From: a virus
Virus record (IMG/VR): IMGVR_UViG_3300026290_000011
Coordinates: 90 to 64,089 of that record
Length of the DNA stretch: 64,000 nt
Reading direction: 5' to 3' (one strand)
A program made the position numbers and the translations under genes. Below the pieces are notes generated by a model, which saw nothing but the letters and a program-made list of their open reading frames with translations, did not search any database and had not been told where the DNA came from. Numbering within the stretch: the stretch's first letter is position 1; every line of letters begins with the position of its first letter. Shown here one piece after another: positions 49,897 to 59,067 of this stretch.

Positions 49897-50805
49897 ATGT
49901 TTGTAAAATATCAGCACATAGAAAAATATGGAACAGACGAGACCCAAAATATAGAAATAGGAACGTGCTATATTTTCCCAAAAATAGATGGGACAAATGG
50001 AAGTGTATGGATAGAAAATAATATTATTAAAGCGGGTAGTAGAAGAAGAGAATTGAGTTTAGATGACGACAATGCGGGTTTTTATGAGTGGATATTAAAG
50101 CAAGAGAGCTTAAAACGCTTTTTGGAAGCATACCCTCATTTAAGACTATTTGGAGAATGGTTAGTTCCTCATAGTCTAAAAACTTATAGAGATGATGCCT
50201 GGGGAAAGTTTTATGTTTTTGATGTATGCCAAACAAGAGATGGCGATGAAGATGAACTATTAAAGTATCTAAGATACGAAGATTACAAACCTTTGTTAGA
50301 CCAGTTTGGTATTGAATATATACCCCCTATAAGGATTATTAAAAATGGTAGTTATGAAGATTTTATAAAACTTTTAGAAAGCAATAACTATTTAGTAAAA
50401 GATGGATTTGGTAGCGGAGAGGGTGTTGTAATTAAAAACTATAGTTATGAAAACAAATATAAACGACAAACGTGGGCAAAAATAGTAACAAGCGAATTCA
50501 AAGAAAAACATCACAAAGAAATGGGTGCGCCTATTGTGAATGGCAAACAGCTAATCGAAGATGAAATAGTAAAAGATTTTTGCACAGATGCTTTAATAAA
50601 AAAAACGTTTGGGAAAATTAAAGCTGAGAACGATGGATGGAATAGTAGATATATACCGCAACTTTTAGGGCGTGTTTGGCATGATTTAATTAAAGAAGAA
50701 ACTTGGACTTTCATTAAGAAATTTAAAAACCCGATTATAAATTTCAAAACATTACAATACAAGGTAACTTTAAAGATAAAAGAAACATTACCCGAAATTT
50801 TTTAA
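49897..50805 (+). CDS. RNA ligase (Rnl2-like nucleotidyltransferase)
   Basis: Motif I PKIDGTN, FGEW, FYVFD, EGVVIK, AKIV. Confidence 0.8.
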   Translation: MFVKYQHIEKYGTDETQNIEIGTCYIFPKIDGTNGSVWIENNIIKAGSRRRELSLDDDNAGFYEWILKQESLKRFLEAYPHLRLFGEWLVPHSLKTYRDDAWGKFYVFDVCQTRDGDEDELLKYLRYEDYKPLLDQFGIEYIPPIRIIKNGSYEDFIKLLESNNYLVKDGFGSGEGVVIKNYSYENKYKRQTWAKIVTSEFKEKHHKEMGAPIVNGKQLIEDEIVKDFCTDALIKKTFGKIKAENDGWNSRYIPQLLGRVWHDLIKEETWTFIKKFKNPIINFKTLQYKVTLKIKETLPEIF

Positions 50806-50916
50806 CAACAAAAGAGAGGAGTAAATTAATGCGTACCCTGTCCTATCAAAAAACAAACAACAATAGAATAGCCCTCAATCAAATACAGCAGGGTACGCTG
50901 ATTATTCACTAAGACT

Positions 50917-51183
50917 ATGAAAGAGATTAATTGTAAAATAATAATACTTGAGTGGATGAAAGAGAAAAATCCAATTACTTGTTTTCATCATAACATCGAA
51001 AAAGAAGTGCAGGAATACGGACTGGAAAAGTTTGGTAAGATGTATAGTTATGCTACTTATCACCGCAATTTTTGTTGGATAAAAAACGATGAAAAACTTT
51101 TAAGAGAAAACGGGATTGAGATTACCCCTTTGATAGAAGGTTCGGGGAAATTAAATAAATGGCGTATCACGTTGATTGTTTGA
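50917..51183 (+). CDS. Hypothetical (possibly winged-helix) protein
   Basis: Last gene before the cassette array. Confidence 0.5.
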   Translation: MKEINCKIIILEWMKEKNPITCFHHNIEKEVQEYGLEKFGKMYSYATYHRNFCWIKNDEKLLRENGIEITPLIEGSGKLNKWRITLIV

Positions 51184-51257
51184 AGGATGATAGCCGTTTT
51201 TCGGTATAACGATGTTGCGGTTAAGTTGCCTCTGGAAATTTTTATAGGGATAAAATA

Positions 51258-51587
51258 ATGAACAACAAAATTTATAAATGTATTCACTGTGGCAGAAACT
51301 TAGGCGATAAAGTGCCACATAGATGCAAAGGAACATTTAGAAAGAGAAAGTTACAATTTCGCAATCGGTTAAGCGGTCAACTTAAACCGCTTGTTATACC
51401 GAAAACGGCGGAAGTAGCCTTCTCGGAAGAATTAAACAAAATAATTGAAGCTGGCAATAAATTAGCCGAAGCAGCACATAAAGTTCAATCTGATTATGAC
51501 GGCATACATAGATTAAGATTAGCACTGTCAGAGTGGTATAAAGTGAGAGCTAATGAGTTTGACCGTGATAGCCGTTTTTCGGTATAA
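51258..51587 (+). CDS. Cassette 1 gene, CxxC zinc-finger hypothetical protein
   Basis: Starts in the attC loop, crosses GTT (51393) as Val, stops at the core TAA. Confidence 0.7.
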   Translation: MNNKIYKCIHCGRNLGDKVPHRCKGTFRKRKLQFRNRLSGQLKPLVIPKTAEVAFSEELNKIIEAGNKLAEAAHKVQSDYDGIHRLRLALSEWYKVRANEFDRDSRFSV

Positions 51588-51709
51588 CGGAATGGAAACT
51601 AAAGCGCAAAAAACTTATGAATGAATTAAATAAATATTTATAAACTAAATTATGCCAACAATCCTTAACTAACCAGCGATATTTTTTGTCGCTTTGAGTT
51701 TTTATTTAG

Positions 51710-51979
51710 TTGGATTTGAGGCGGGAGAAACTTATGAATTTTAAAAAAGGTGATAAGATAGAATGGACTTATGAACATTCTTTGAATCGAAAATCTAAAA
51801 CTCATATAACTAAAACCGGCATTTTTATTAGGGTACTTGATATGAGAAAATTAAGCAGAGCGAGAAGGATTCCGCAATATAATAGCGAAATATCATCTTA
51901 TGCAATAGTACATTTTGATGGGAATAAAAACCCGTCTAAAGTTTTAATTAATGAATTGCGAGCCGCAAATTCCAACTAA
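51710..51979 (+). CDS. Cassette 2 gene, SH3/KOW-like hypothetical protein (likely start 51734)
   Basis: FKKGDKIEW...TGIFIRV; GGGAG RBS before ATG 51734; stop is the core TAA. Confidence 0.65.
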   Translation: MDLRREKLMNFKKGDKIEWTYEHSLNRKSKTHITKTGIFIRVLDMRKLSRARRIPQYNSEISSYAIVHFDGNKNPSKVLINELRAANSN

Positions 51980-52033
51980 CGCTGCGGTTTTTAAGCCGTT
52001 GCGGAAATATTAACAATTTAATTTGAGGATAAA

Positions 52034-52393
52034 ATGAACACAGAAGAAAAGAAATTGCACAAAGAAATTGTTGAAGAATTAAAAAATAAAGGATGGACTA
52101 ACCCAGCAATAAATGAAAGTTTTGCACAGGAATTAATTTTAGATGTTTACAAGATAGCAAGCAATCGGCTTGAAAAAATTGTTAGCCAGAAAACGGCGGG
52201 CGGATGGAGAGACGCAAAGAAAGACCCGCCAGAGTTATCAACATCAATGAAAATAAATGCAGTATTAGTTATACACAGAAATTATATAAAATTTGGATGG
52301 AAAACAGAGATTGGGTGGCATATAGAAAATTCGCCAAGTTATTGGGACGAAGAAATTAAATATTGGATGCCATTACCAGAATTGCCAGAATGA
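52034..52393 (+). CDS. Cassette 3 gene, DUF551-like protein
   Basis: WRDAKKDPP...YWMPLPELP; crosses GTT 52181 as Val. Confidence 0.65.
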   Translation: MNTEEKKLHKEIVEELKNKGWTNPAINESFAQELILDVYKIASNRLEKIVSQKTAGGWRDAKKDPPELSTSMKINAVLVIHRNYIKFGWKTEIGWHIENSPSYWDEEIKYWMPLPELPE

Positions 52394-52566
52394 TAGCCGT
52401 TTTTCTGGCTAACAGATTTGCAACTAACAAGATTGCGGAAGCAAAGAATGAACTTAGATTTTTTAATTAACATAAAATTATTAACAAACAAAAATAGCCA
52501 AACCGTAATAGCAATTCTTTGTTGATTGCCTTGTTATACGGATTTTGGCGGACATAGGAGTATCTA

Positions 52567-52845
52567 ATGGAATTTACAAAAGAAGAAATATTGCAGTGCA
52601 TTAGCGGAGAATTGCTTGCCGAATGTATAGCAGATAAAATATTACAGAACAAAAAAAATCATTTTGAGGAATTTGATAAAGCCCTAATCGAGGGTATGAG
52701 AAAAGCTGCACGGATGGTAGTTGACGAACTGATTAAAGAATATGATTTTGAGAAGGAAATACAGACAAGAGTCAAAAACACTTTAACCAGTATGACGAAA
52801 GCGGAAGTATTAAGGCTTATAGCGAAAGAGGAAGTTATTTTTTAA
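52567..52845 (+). CDS. Cassette 4 gene, hypothetical protein
   Basis: AGGAG RBS just downstream of GTT 52533. Confidence 0.65.
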   Translation: MEFTKEEILQCISGELLAECIADKILQNKKNHFEEFDKALIEGMRKAARMVVDELIKEYDFEKEIQTRVKNTLTSMTKAEVLRLIAKEEVIF

Positions 52846-52930
52846 GGAATGCGAGCCAAAATTCCGTATAACGGATCGAGCATAAGCAGTTGCGGTAACA
52901 AATAAAAAAACTAAACAATAGGAGTTACAA

Positions 52931-53266
52931 ATGGAAACAGTAGTAAAAATTAAATGGGACGAACCGAGCGATAAAAATTGGTTGTGTCCAGACAACATCA
53001 AAACGGCTTTAAGTGCTTATTGCACAAATACAAAATTTGAGGTAAGCGAGGTTGATAGCAATCTGCTTGATGCGCAAGTTAGCCAAGCCGTTTCTCAGGC
53101 GATGCCGGAGCCGAACTCTCAAGTTTGCGCTAATTGTAAGTGGCTGGCTGATAGAGATGGAGAGAACAACTATTTCTGTAATTGTTATGAATCAGAAACT
53201 TGTGATATACTAATCATTTTGAAAGATACATTCGGGTGCAACAAATTTGAGCGCAAACTTTTGTGA
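52931..53266 (+). CDS. Cassette 5 gene, Cys-rich hypothetical protein
   Basis: AGGAG RBS in the loop; CANC...C.C...C; crosses GTT 53078 as Val. Confidence 0.65.
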   Translation: METVVKIKWDEPSDKNWLCPDNIKTALSAYCTNTKFEVSEVDSNLLDAQVSQAVSQAMPEPNSQVCANCKWLADRDGENNYFCNCYESETCDILIILKDTFGCNKFERKLL

Positions 53267-53429
53267 GGCGAAGGACTGGCTAACATTGTTGCAATTTACC
53301 CGATTGCGTGCATTGACAAATTGTTTTTATTAAAAGTTTAATGCCTTAAACAAGGCAAATTATAAACGACCGTATCTGATAGCAATTCGGAGTAGAATTG
53401 CGAGTTAGGCGGTAAAATTTGGACGTATT

Positions 53430-53642
53430 ATGAAAAAGAAAAAATTGAGTTGCTATTTTTATTTTGTAGGATGGGACTGTCTAAGTTTCGGAATTCATTT
53501 CTGTTGGAGACTGCCCAATATCGAAATACATATTCCCTTCGGATTTATAAGAATAGGTATAGAGAATCATTACGGGAAATGTATAAACGATGATTTCTGT
53601 AATAAAAGAACTTTTGGGTGGACGAAAATTTTATCCGCCTAA
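53430..53642 (+). CDS. Cassette 6 gene, hypothetical protein
   Basis: Starts after GTT 53404; stop is the core TAA. Confidence 0.55.
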   Translation: MKKKKLSCYFYFVGWDCLSFGIHFCWRLPNIEIHIPFGFIRIGIENHYGKCINDDFCNKRTFGWTKILSA

Positions 53643-53669
53643 CGAGTGGAAACTTACCCGATTGCGTAA

Positions 53670-54476
53670 ATGAAAAAGGAAAACATTTTGAAAGAAGAAA
53701 CTAACATAACAGCACAAACTAAACAGCCCGAAGATAAAAGCAATTCGGGTAGAGTTTTTAGTTATGTGCCGTTTTATGATTTAGATAATATTACATTGTT
53801 TAATAATGATTACCGAAATGTAATTGATAGCCTTGCGCCCGCAGATTTGATTATTGCCGATCCTCCTTATGGGGAAAAACAAGCAAGTTGGGATGAGGAG
53901 AAACCAGATGAAGAAGTTTGGCGGACATTCTATGATAAATTAAAAGACGGTGGTGTTTTATATTATTGGGGTTTTTGGGGGCACGCTGAATGGATATTGA
54001 GAAATGCAAGGCGAGCGGGTTTTACTGAACAGAGTAGAATCGTTTGGTGGTTTGCAACAGGAAGACCAGAGAAAAAAAGTTATAGGGAAGATACAGAAGA
54101 TTGTTATTACTTTTCTAAGGGTGAACCAAATTACTTCAATCCGAATAATTATTACGAACCTTATGACAAAGTTTCTAATTACGAACGATATAATAAAAAC
54201 GGCAAACATCCAGGAACGATATGGCGAGCGAGTCGGATAATGTGGAATCATCCCGAAAATGTCGGGCACGAAACCCAAAAACCCCTTACGCTTTATAAAA
54301 AAATAATTGATATATCTTGTCCGCCAAACGGCATTGTTTACGATTTCTTTTGTGGAAGCGGAACGACTTTATTAGCAGCTAAACAGTTGGGGCGCAAGGC
54401 GGTCGGAATAGAAAAAGAAGAAAAATATTGCAATATAATAACGAAGAGACTAAGCCAAATGGAAATGCAACTTTGA
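53670..54476 (+). CDS. Cassette 7 gene, beta-class N6A/N4C DNA methyltransferase
   Basis: ADPPY precedes HETQKP and DFFCGSGTT. Confidence 0.9.
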   Translation: MKKENILKEETNITAQTKQPEDKSNSGRVFSYVPFYDLDNITLFNNDYRNVIDSLAPADLIIADPPYGEKQASWDEEKPDEEVWRTFYDKLKDGGVLYYWGFWGHAEWILRNARRAGFTEQSRIVWWFATGRPEKKSYREDTEDCYYFSKGEPNYFNPNNYYEPYDKVSNYERYNKNGKHPGTIWRASRIMWNHPENVGHETQKPLTLYKKIIDISCPPNGIVYDFFCGSGTTLLAAKQLGRKAVGIEKEEKYCNIITKRLSQMEMQL

Positions 54477-54573
54477 AAAAATGAGGCACATAACGGAGTT
54501 GCGGCTAAGCGGTGCCGGAAAGGTAAGCACAAAACAGATTTGAATAACATAACCATAAACAAGGAGTAGTAAC

Positions 54574-54765
54574 ATGATTAATATAAGTGATTTAAACGAA
54601 CTCTATTCTGCCGTGCAAATGCTTGAAAGCATGACACAATTAGTAGAAAGTCTTAATAGTAAGACCAATAATAATATTTATGAAGAAACTAAATACGCGA
54701 GGATAGCAATTAAGCGAGCAAAAGAAGCGTATGAGAAAATTAAGACCTCTACCTATGTTAGTTAA
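54574..54765 (+). CDS. Hypothetical protein lying wholly inside the cassette 8 attC loop
   Basis: AAGGAG RBS; lies between the L arms at 54500-54515 and 54774-54791. Confidence 0.55.
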   Translation: MINISDLNELYSAVQMLESMTQLVESLNSKTNNNIYEETKYARIAIKRAKEAYEKIKTSTYVS

Positions 54766-55348
54766 AAATGATAGGCATCCGCTTGAGCCGCTTGTTATGC
54801 CGTTTGGGCACGACAAGAAATACGATATAATATTGGCAGACCCACCTTGGAATATACGCTGGGGAGGAAGTAACAGCATAGGGTTGAAACCTTTACAATA
54901 CCCCACAATGCTAATAACGGAACTTTGCCAATTGCCCGTTAAACAAATTGCAAATGATTGTAGCAAACTATTTTTGTGGACAACCAACGGCTTCTTGCCC
55001 GAAGCGTTGGGGATATTAAAATTTTGGGGTTTCCAATATGATAAACTTTGGACATGGTGCAAACCAACTGGAGCCGGAGGACACCCCAGAAATGCAACAG
55101 AACATTTAATTGAAGCAAGTAGAGGCGCAGTAAAGAGTATAGGCAGACATGAAAAAGCAGTAAACAATTGGTTTGAAGCCCCAACGCAAGGGCATAGCAC
55201 AAAACCAGAAAAGGCAAGAAGATTGATAGAATATTGTTACCCTAATACAACTAAGATTGAATTATTTGCAAGGCGTAAAGCCGTTGGTTGGGATGTGTGG
55301 GGGAACGAACTTGAAAATAGTATAGAGTTAGTGCCCAAATCGGCATAA
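54731..55348 (+). CDS. Cassette 8 gene, MT-A70-family adenine methyltransferase
   Basis: ILADPPW, LFLWTT, HSTKP, IELFAR; true start may be nearer 54797. Confidence 0.88.
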   Translation: MRKLRPLPMLVKNDRHPLEPLVMPFGHDKKYDIILADPPWNIRWGGSNSIGLKPLQYPTMLITELCQLPVKQIANDCSKLFLWTTNGFLPEALGILKFWGFQYDKLWTWCKPTGAGGHPRNATEHLIEASRGAVKSIGRHEKAVNNWFEAPTQGHSTKPEKARRLIEYCYPNTTKIELFARRKAVGWDVWGNELENSIELVPKSA

Positions 55349-55394
55349 CATATTGCGGTTAACCTTGCGAGCGGACTAAAACAGAAATGAAATT

Positions 55395-56048
55395 ATGAAA
55401 GAAAAAACAGGACAAAATAAAAATACTGAATTGACTGAGCGAATAGCGAAGTCAAGCGTTGAACCGCCAGTTATGCAGTTTGGGCACTGTAAGAAGTATA
55501 ATATTATTTACGCTGACCCACCGTGGTATAGAGGGCAAAGGATGTATAGCAGCAATAAGAACGACCACCACGTTGAAGCAGATAGACATTACCCGATTAT
55601 GAAAAAGAAAGCACTTTGCGATTTACCCATAAAACAAATTGCGGCGGATGATAGTGTATTATTTATGTGGGTTACTGACAGCAACTTAGACGAAGCAATG
55701 GGAGTCATTAAAGCGTGGGGGTTTAAGTATAAAACAGTTGCATTTATTTGGCTAAAGAAAGAAAAAAGCGGGAAGCAAGTTTGCTTTATGGGTTGTTGGA
55801 CTATGAAAAATGCGGAAATAGTTTTGTTGGCAACAAGGGGGAGAATGACTAAACACTTAAAAAGTCGCAAAGTGCGCCAATTACAAGAGGCAATAAGAGA
55901 GCGTAAGATACACAGCAGGAAACCACAAATAATTAGGGATAGGATAGTGGAAATGTTTGGGGATGAGCTACCTAAAATAGAATTATTTGCAAGGGAAAGG
56001 ATAGAAGGTTGGGATGCGTGGGGAAATGAAGTGCCCAAATCTGCATAA
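55395..56048 (+). CDS. Cassette 9 gene, MT-A70-family adenine methyltransferase
   Basis: IYADPPW, LFMWVT, HSRKP, IELFAR. Confidence 0.9.
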   Translation: MKEKTGQNKNTELTERIAKSSVEPPVMQFGHCKKYNIIYADPPWYRGQRMYSSNKNDHHVEADRHYPIMKKKALCDLPIKQIAADDSVLFMWVTDSNLDEAMGVIKAWGFKYKTVAFIWLKKEKSGKQVCFMGCWTMKNAEIVLLATRGRMTKHLKSRKVRQLQEAIRERKIHSRKPQIIRDRIVEMFGDELPKIELFARERIEGWDAWGNEVPKSA

Positions 56049-56075
56049 CGGTCAAAACTAAAGCGCAAAAACGGA

Positions 56076-56387
56076 TTGAATAAATTAAATGAATTACAAA
56101 CTAAAATAAGCCAAAAACCAACAACCCCAAGCGATGCTTTTGTCGCTTTGAGTTTGTTGTTGGTTTGCAAAAGGGCGGGAGTAAAAGATATGAAAATTAA
56201 AGAAGGTGGATCAACACAAAATATTAGGGGTAAGAAAATTGAGGAAATAAAAATTAATTGGACACAAAGTGAAAGTTATATATTTGAAATGTGGGTAAAT
56301 GATAGTTTGTCATACTTGACAATTAATGAATTGTTAGAATTAAAAACCGAAATACAAAAGGCATTAGATAAAGCGGTTAAATCTTAG
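56076..56387 (+). CDS. Cassette 10 gene, hypothetical protein
   Basis: Crosses GTT 56159; an internal ATG with RBS gives a shorter alternative. Confidence 0.5.
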   Translation: MNKLNELQTKISQKPTTPSDAFVALSLLLVCKRAGVKDMKIKEGGSTQNIRGKKIEEIKINWTQSESYIFEMWVNDSLSYLTINELLELKTEIQKALDKAVKS

Positions 56388-56456
56388 CCCTTTTGTCAAA
56401 CTAACGGAGTTGGCGATAATGCGCTATCACAAAATTAAAACAAAAGGAATGATGCA

Positions 56457-56819
56457 ATGGAAAACCAAAACAGAATTTACAAACTACTACTCGGAGTCGC
56501 ATTGATTGCCGAGTTAGTGGGATTTGCGCTCGTCCATTTCGATAACACAAAAAAACAAGAAAGAATTGAGCGACTTGAAAAGATTATTAACAACACACAT
56601 TTAGATACGCTGATTACAAAAACAGAAAGTATAAATATTGATGGTTGGTGGAGAAATTATTCTTCTTGGGAAGAACCTCTTAATCTTTTAGAAATGAATG
56701 ATAAACTTGATAAACTTATAAAAGCTACTGGTTATGAATATACGAGAGAAGTGCGATACAAGACTACACATTACGAAGATAGTAAACTTGAAAAAATAAA
56801 GAGCGCAAATTCCAACTAA
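56457..56819 (+). CDS. Cassette 11 gene, membrane-anchored hypothetical protein
   Basis: TM segment LLLGVALIAELVGFALV is encoded by the L arm and core; stop is the core TAA. Confidence 0.6.
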   Translation: MENQNRIYKLLLGVALIAELVGFALVHFDNTKKQERIERLEKIINNTHLDTLITKTESINIDGWWRNYSSWEEPLNLLEMNDKLDKLIKATGYEYTREVRYKTTHYEDSKLEKIKSANSN

Positions 56820-56862
56820 CGGTGTGGTTTTTTACCCGCACGGCTAAACAGAAAAAAATATT

Positions 56863-57501
56863 ATGGATGAAAATTTGGAACTAAAAGAGAACAAAATTAA
56901 CAGCACAAATTTAAGTGTCGGAGTAGAAAAACTTGTTAGCCCGATTGGGCACAACAAGAAATATAATGTTATTTATGCCGATCCGCCGTGGAGTTATAGT
57001 GACCAAGGATGCCAAGGAACGATGGCGAACCATTACCCCGGAATGAGCATGGACGAAATGAAGCAATTGCCGATAAAAGAAATTGCAGACAAAGATTGCA
57101 TTTTATTTATGTGGACTACTTACCCAATGTTGAAAGAAAGTTTAGAGCTGATAGACGCATGGGGATTCACATACAAAACAATCGCATTTAACTGGATTAA
57201 GAAAAACAAGAGCGATGCTGGGTTCTTCTTCGGGCTTGGAAGATGGACGAGGGGTAATGGTGAGCCGTGCCTTTTGGCGACAAAGGGGAAACCCAAAAGA
57301 GTAGCAAATAATATAAGCCAATTAATATTTGCCCCATTGACGAGACATAGTGAAAAACCCCCAGAGGTTAGGGATAAAATAGTTGAGCTTTGCGGGGACA
57401 TACCGAGAATAGAATTGTTTGCGCGCCAAAAGGCAAGTGGTTGGGATAGATGGGGTAATGAACTTGATAATAGTATAAACCTTGTGCCCAATTCGGGCTA
57501 A
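56863..57501 (+). CDS. Cassette 12 gene, MT-A70-family adenine methyltransferase
   Basis: IYADPPW, LFMWTT, HSEKP, IELFAR. Confidence 0.9.
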   Translation: MDENLELKENKINSTNLSVGVEKLVSPIGHNKKYNVIYADPPWSYSDQGCQGTMANHYPGMSMDEMKQLPIKEIADKDCILFMWTTYPMLKESLELIDAWGFTYKTIAFNWIKKNKSDAGFFFGLGRWTRGNGEPCLLATKGKPKRVANNISQLIFAPLTRHSEKPPEVRDKIVELCGDIPRIELFARQKASGWDRWGNELDNSINLVPNSG

Positions 57502-57549
57502 CGATGTTGCGGTTAAGTTGCCTCTGGAAATTTTTATAGGGATAAAATA

Positions 57550-57879
57550 ATGAACAACAAAATTTATAAATGTATTCACTGTGGCAGAAACTTAGGCGAT
57601 AAAGTGCCACATAGATGCAAAGGAACATTTAGAAAGAGAAAGTTACAATTTCGCAATCGGTTAAGCGGTCAACTTAAACCGCTTGTTATACCGAAAACGG
57701 CGGAAGTAGCCTTCTCGGAAGAATTAAACAAAATAATTGAAGCTGGCAATAAATTAGCCGAAGCAGCACATAAAGTTCAATCTGATTATGACGGCATACA
57801 TAGATTAAGATTAGCACTGTCAGAGTGGTATAAAGTGAGAGCTAATGAGTTTGACCGTGATAGCCGTTTTTCGGTATAA
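57550..57879 (+). CDS. Cassette 13 gene (duplicate of cassette 1)
   Basis: Identical translation. Confidence 0.7.
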   Translation: MNNKIYKCIHCGRNLGDKVPHRCKGTFRKRKLQFRNRLSGQLKPLVIPKTAEVAFSEELNKIIEAGNKLAEAAHKVQSDYDGIHRLRLALSEWYKVRANEFDRDSRFSV

Positions 57880-58001
57880 CGGAATGGAAACTAAAGCGCA
57901 AAAAACTTATGAATGAATTAAATAAATATTTATAAACTAAATTATGCCAACAATCCTTAACTAACCAGCGATATTTTTTGTCGCTTTGAGTTTTTATTTA
58001 G

Positions 58002-58271
58002 TTGGATTTGAGGCGGGAGAAACTTATGAATTTTAAAAAAGGTGATAAGATAGAATGGACTTATGAACATTCTTTGAATCGAAAATCTAAAACTCATATA
58101 ACTAAAACCGGCATTTTTATTAGGGTACTTGATATGAGAAAATTAAGCAGAGCGAGAAGGATTCCGCAATATAATAGCGAAATATCATCTTATGCAATAG
58201 TACATTTTGATGGGAATAAAAACCCGTCTAAAGTTTTAATTAATGAATTGCGAGCCGCAAATTCCAACTAA
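58002..58271 (+). CDS. Cassette 14 gene (duplicate of cassette 2)
   Basis: Identical translation. Confidence 0.65.
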   Translation: MDLRREKLMNFKKGDKIEWTYEHSLNRKSKTHITKTGIFIRVLDMRKLSRARRIPQYNSEISSYAIVHFDGNKNPSKVLINELRAANSN

Positions 58272-58329
58272 CGCTGCGGTTTTTAAGCCGTTGCGGAATA
58301 TTTATAAATTTAATTTGGAGTAGAAAACC

Positions 58330-58743
58330 TTGAAAGAAATAATTGATTTGATTGACAAATATTGGAAATTTGACGAAGACCAACAACCATTGTCAAGCTG
58401 GCACGATAAACAAGAATTATTGCAGATCATTAGCAATCGGCTTGAAAAACTTGTTAGCCAGAAAACGGCGGACACAGAAGAAATACTGAGCGCGGTTAAA
58501 GACACTATTTCTGATGGACAATTAATGAGTATGGAAGAATCTACAGAGAAGGAATTACAAAAACATTATGATAAAACTTTAACGGTACCCTTAATTGTAG
58601 GGTTAATAAATAATATTGAGCAATACTATCCAGCCGATGTTTTTGTAAGCGGTGCGGGGGCGATGGCGAGACACGTTTTGAAACTATTCAAACAAGAGTT
58701 AATACTTGCTTGCAAGATAGAGGATAGCCGTTTTTCTGGCTAA
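58330..58743 (+). CDS. Cassette 15 gene, hypothetical protein
   Basis: Shares SNRLEK-VSQKTA arm peptide with cassette 3; stop is the core TAA. Confidence 0.6.
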   Translation: MKEIIDLIDKYWKFDEDQQPLSSWHDKQELLQIISNRLEKLVSQKTADTEEILSAVKDTISDGQLMSMEESTEKELQKHYDKTLTVPLIVGLINNIEQYYPADVFVSGAGAMARHVLKLFKQELILACKIEDSRFSG

Positions 58744-58818
58744 CGATGTGGCAAATAGCCCGAAACGGCTTTGTAAAACAAAATTAATTAACAAATAATT
58801 TAGCTATGAGGCACACCG

Positions 58819-59067
58819 ATGGAAGGTGAACAAGATTTTAGAAATAGATTTATAAACGAAGCATTAGAGATTTGTGAAAGTCATAAACCTTTAATGACAG
58901 ATTGGGAAAGAAACTTTGTAATTGATATTGCAAGATTGCATAGAAAGAGTGGGAAAGGATTGACGCAAAAACAATACAACCAATTACAACTTATTGCTGC
59001 AAATGTTAAAAGACAAATTAATGAGGTGTGCCGGAATGAATATCCTTACCCAACCTATGAAAGATAG
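58819..59067 (+). CDS. Hypothetical protein inside the cassette 16 attC loop
   Basis: GAGG RBS; MTDWERNFV...LTQKQ phage motif; ends just before the 3' L arm. Confidence 0.6.
   Translation: MEGEQDFRNRFINEALEICESHKPLMTDWERNFVIDIARLHRKSGKGLTQKQYNQLQLIAANVKRQINEVCRNEYPYPTYER

Larger units (their letters stand above)
51207..52006 (+). repeat. 800-bp direct repeat, copy 1 (cassettes 1+2)
   Basis: Matches 57499-58298 by eye (offset 6292; identical translations); starts at TAAC. Confidence 0.9.
57499..58298 (+). repeat. 800-bp direct repeat, copy 2 (cassettes 13+14)
   Basis: Matches 51207-52006. Confidence 0.9.
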
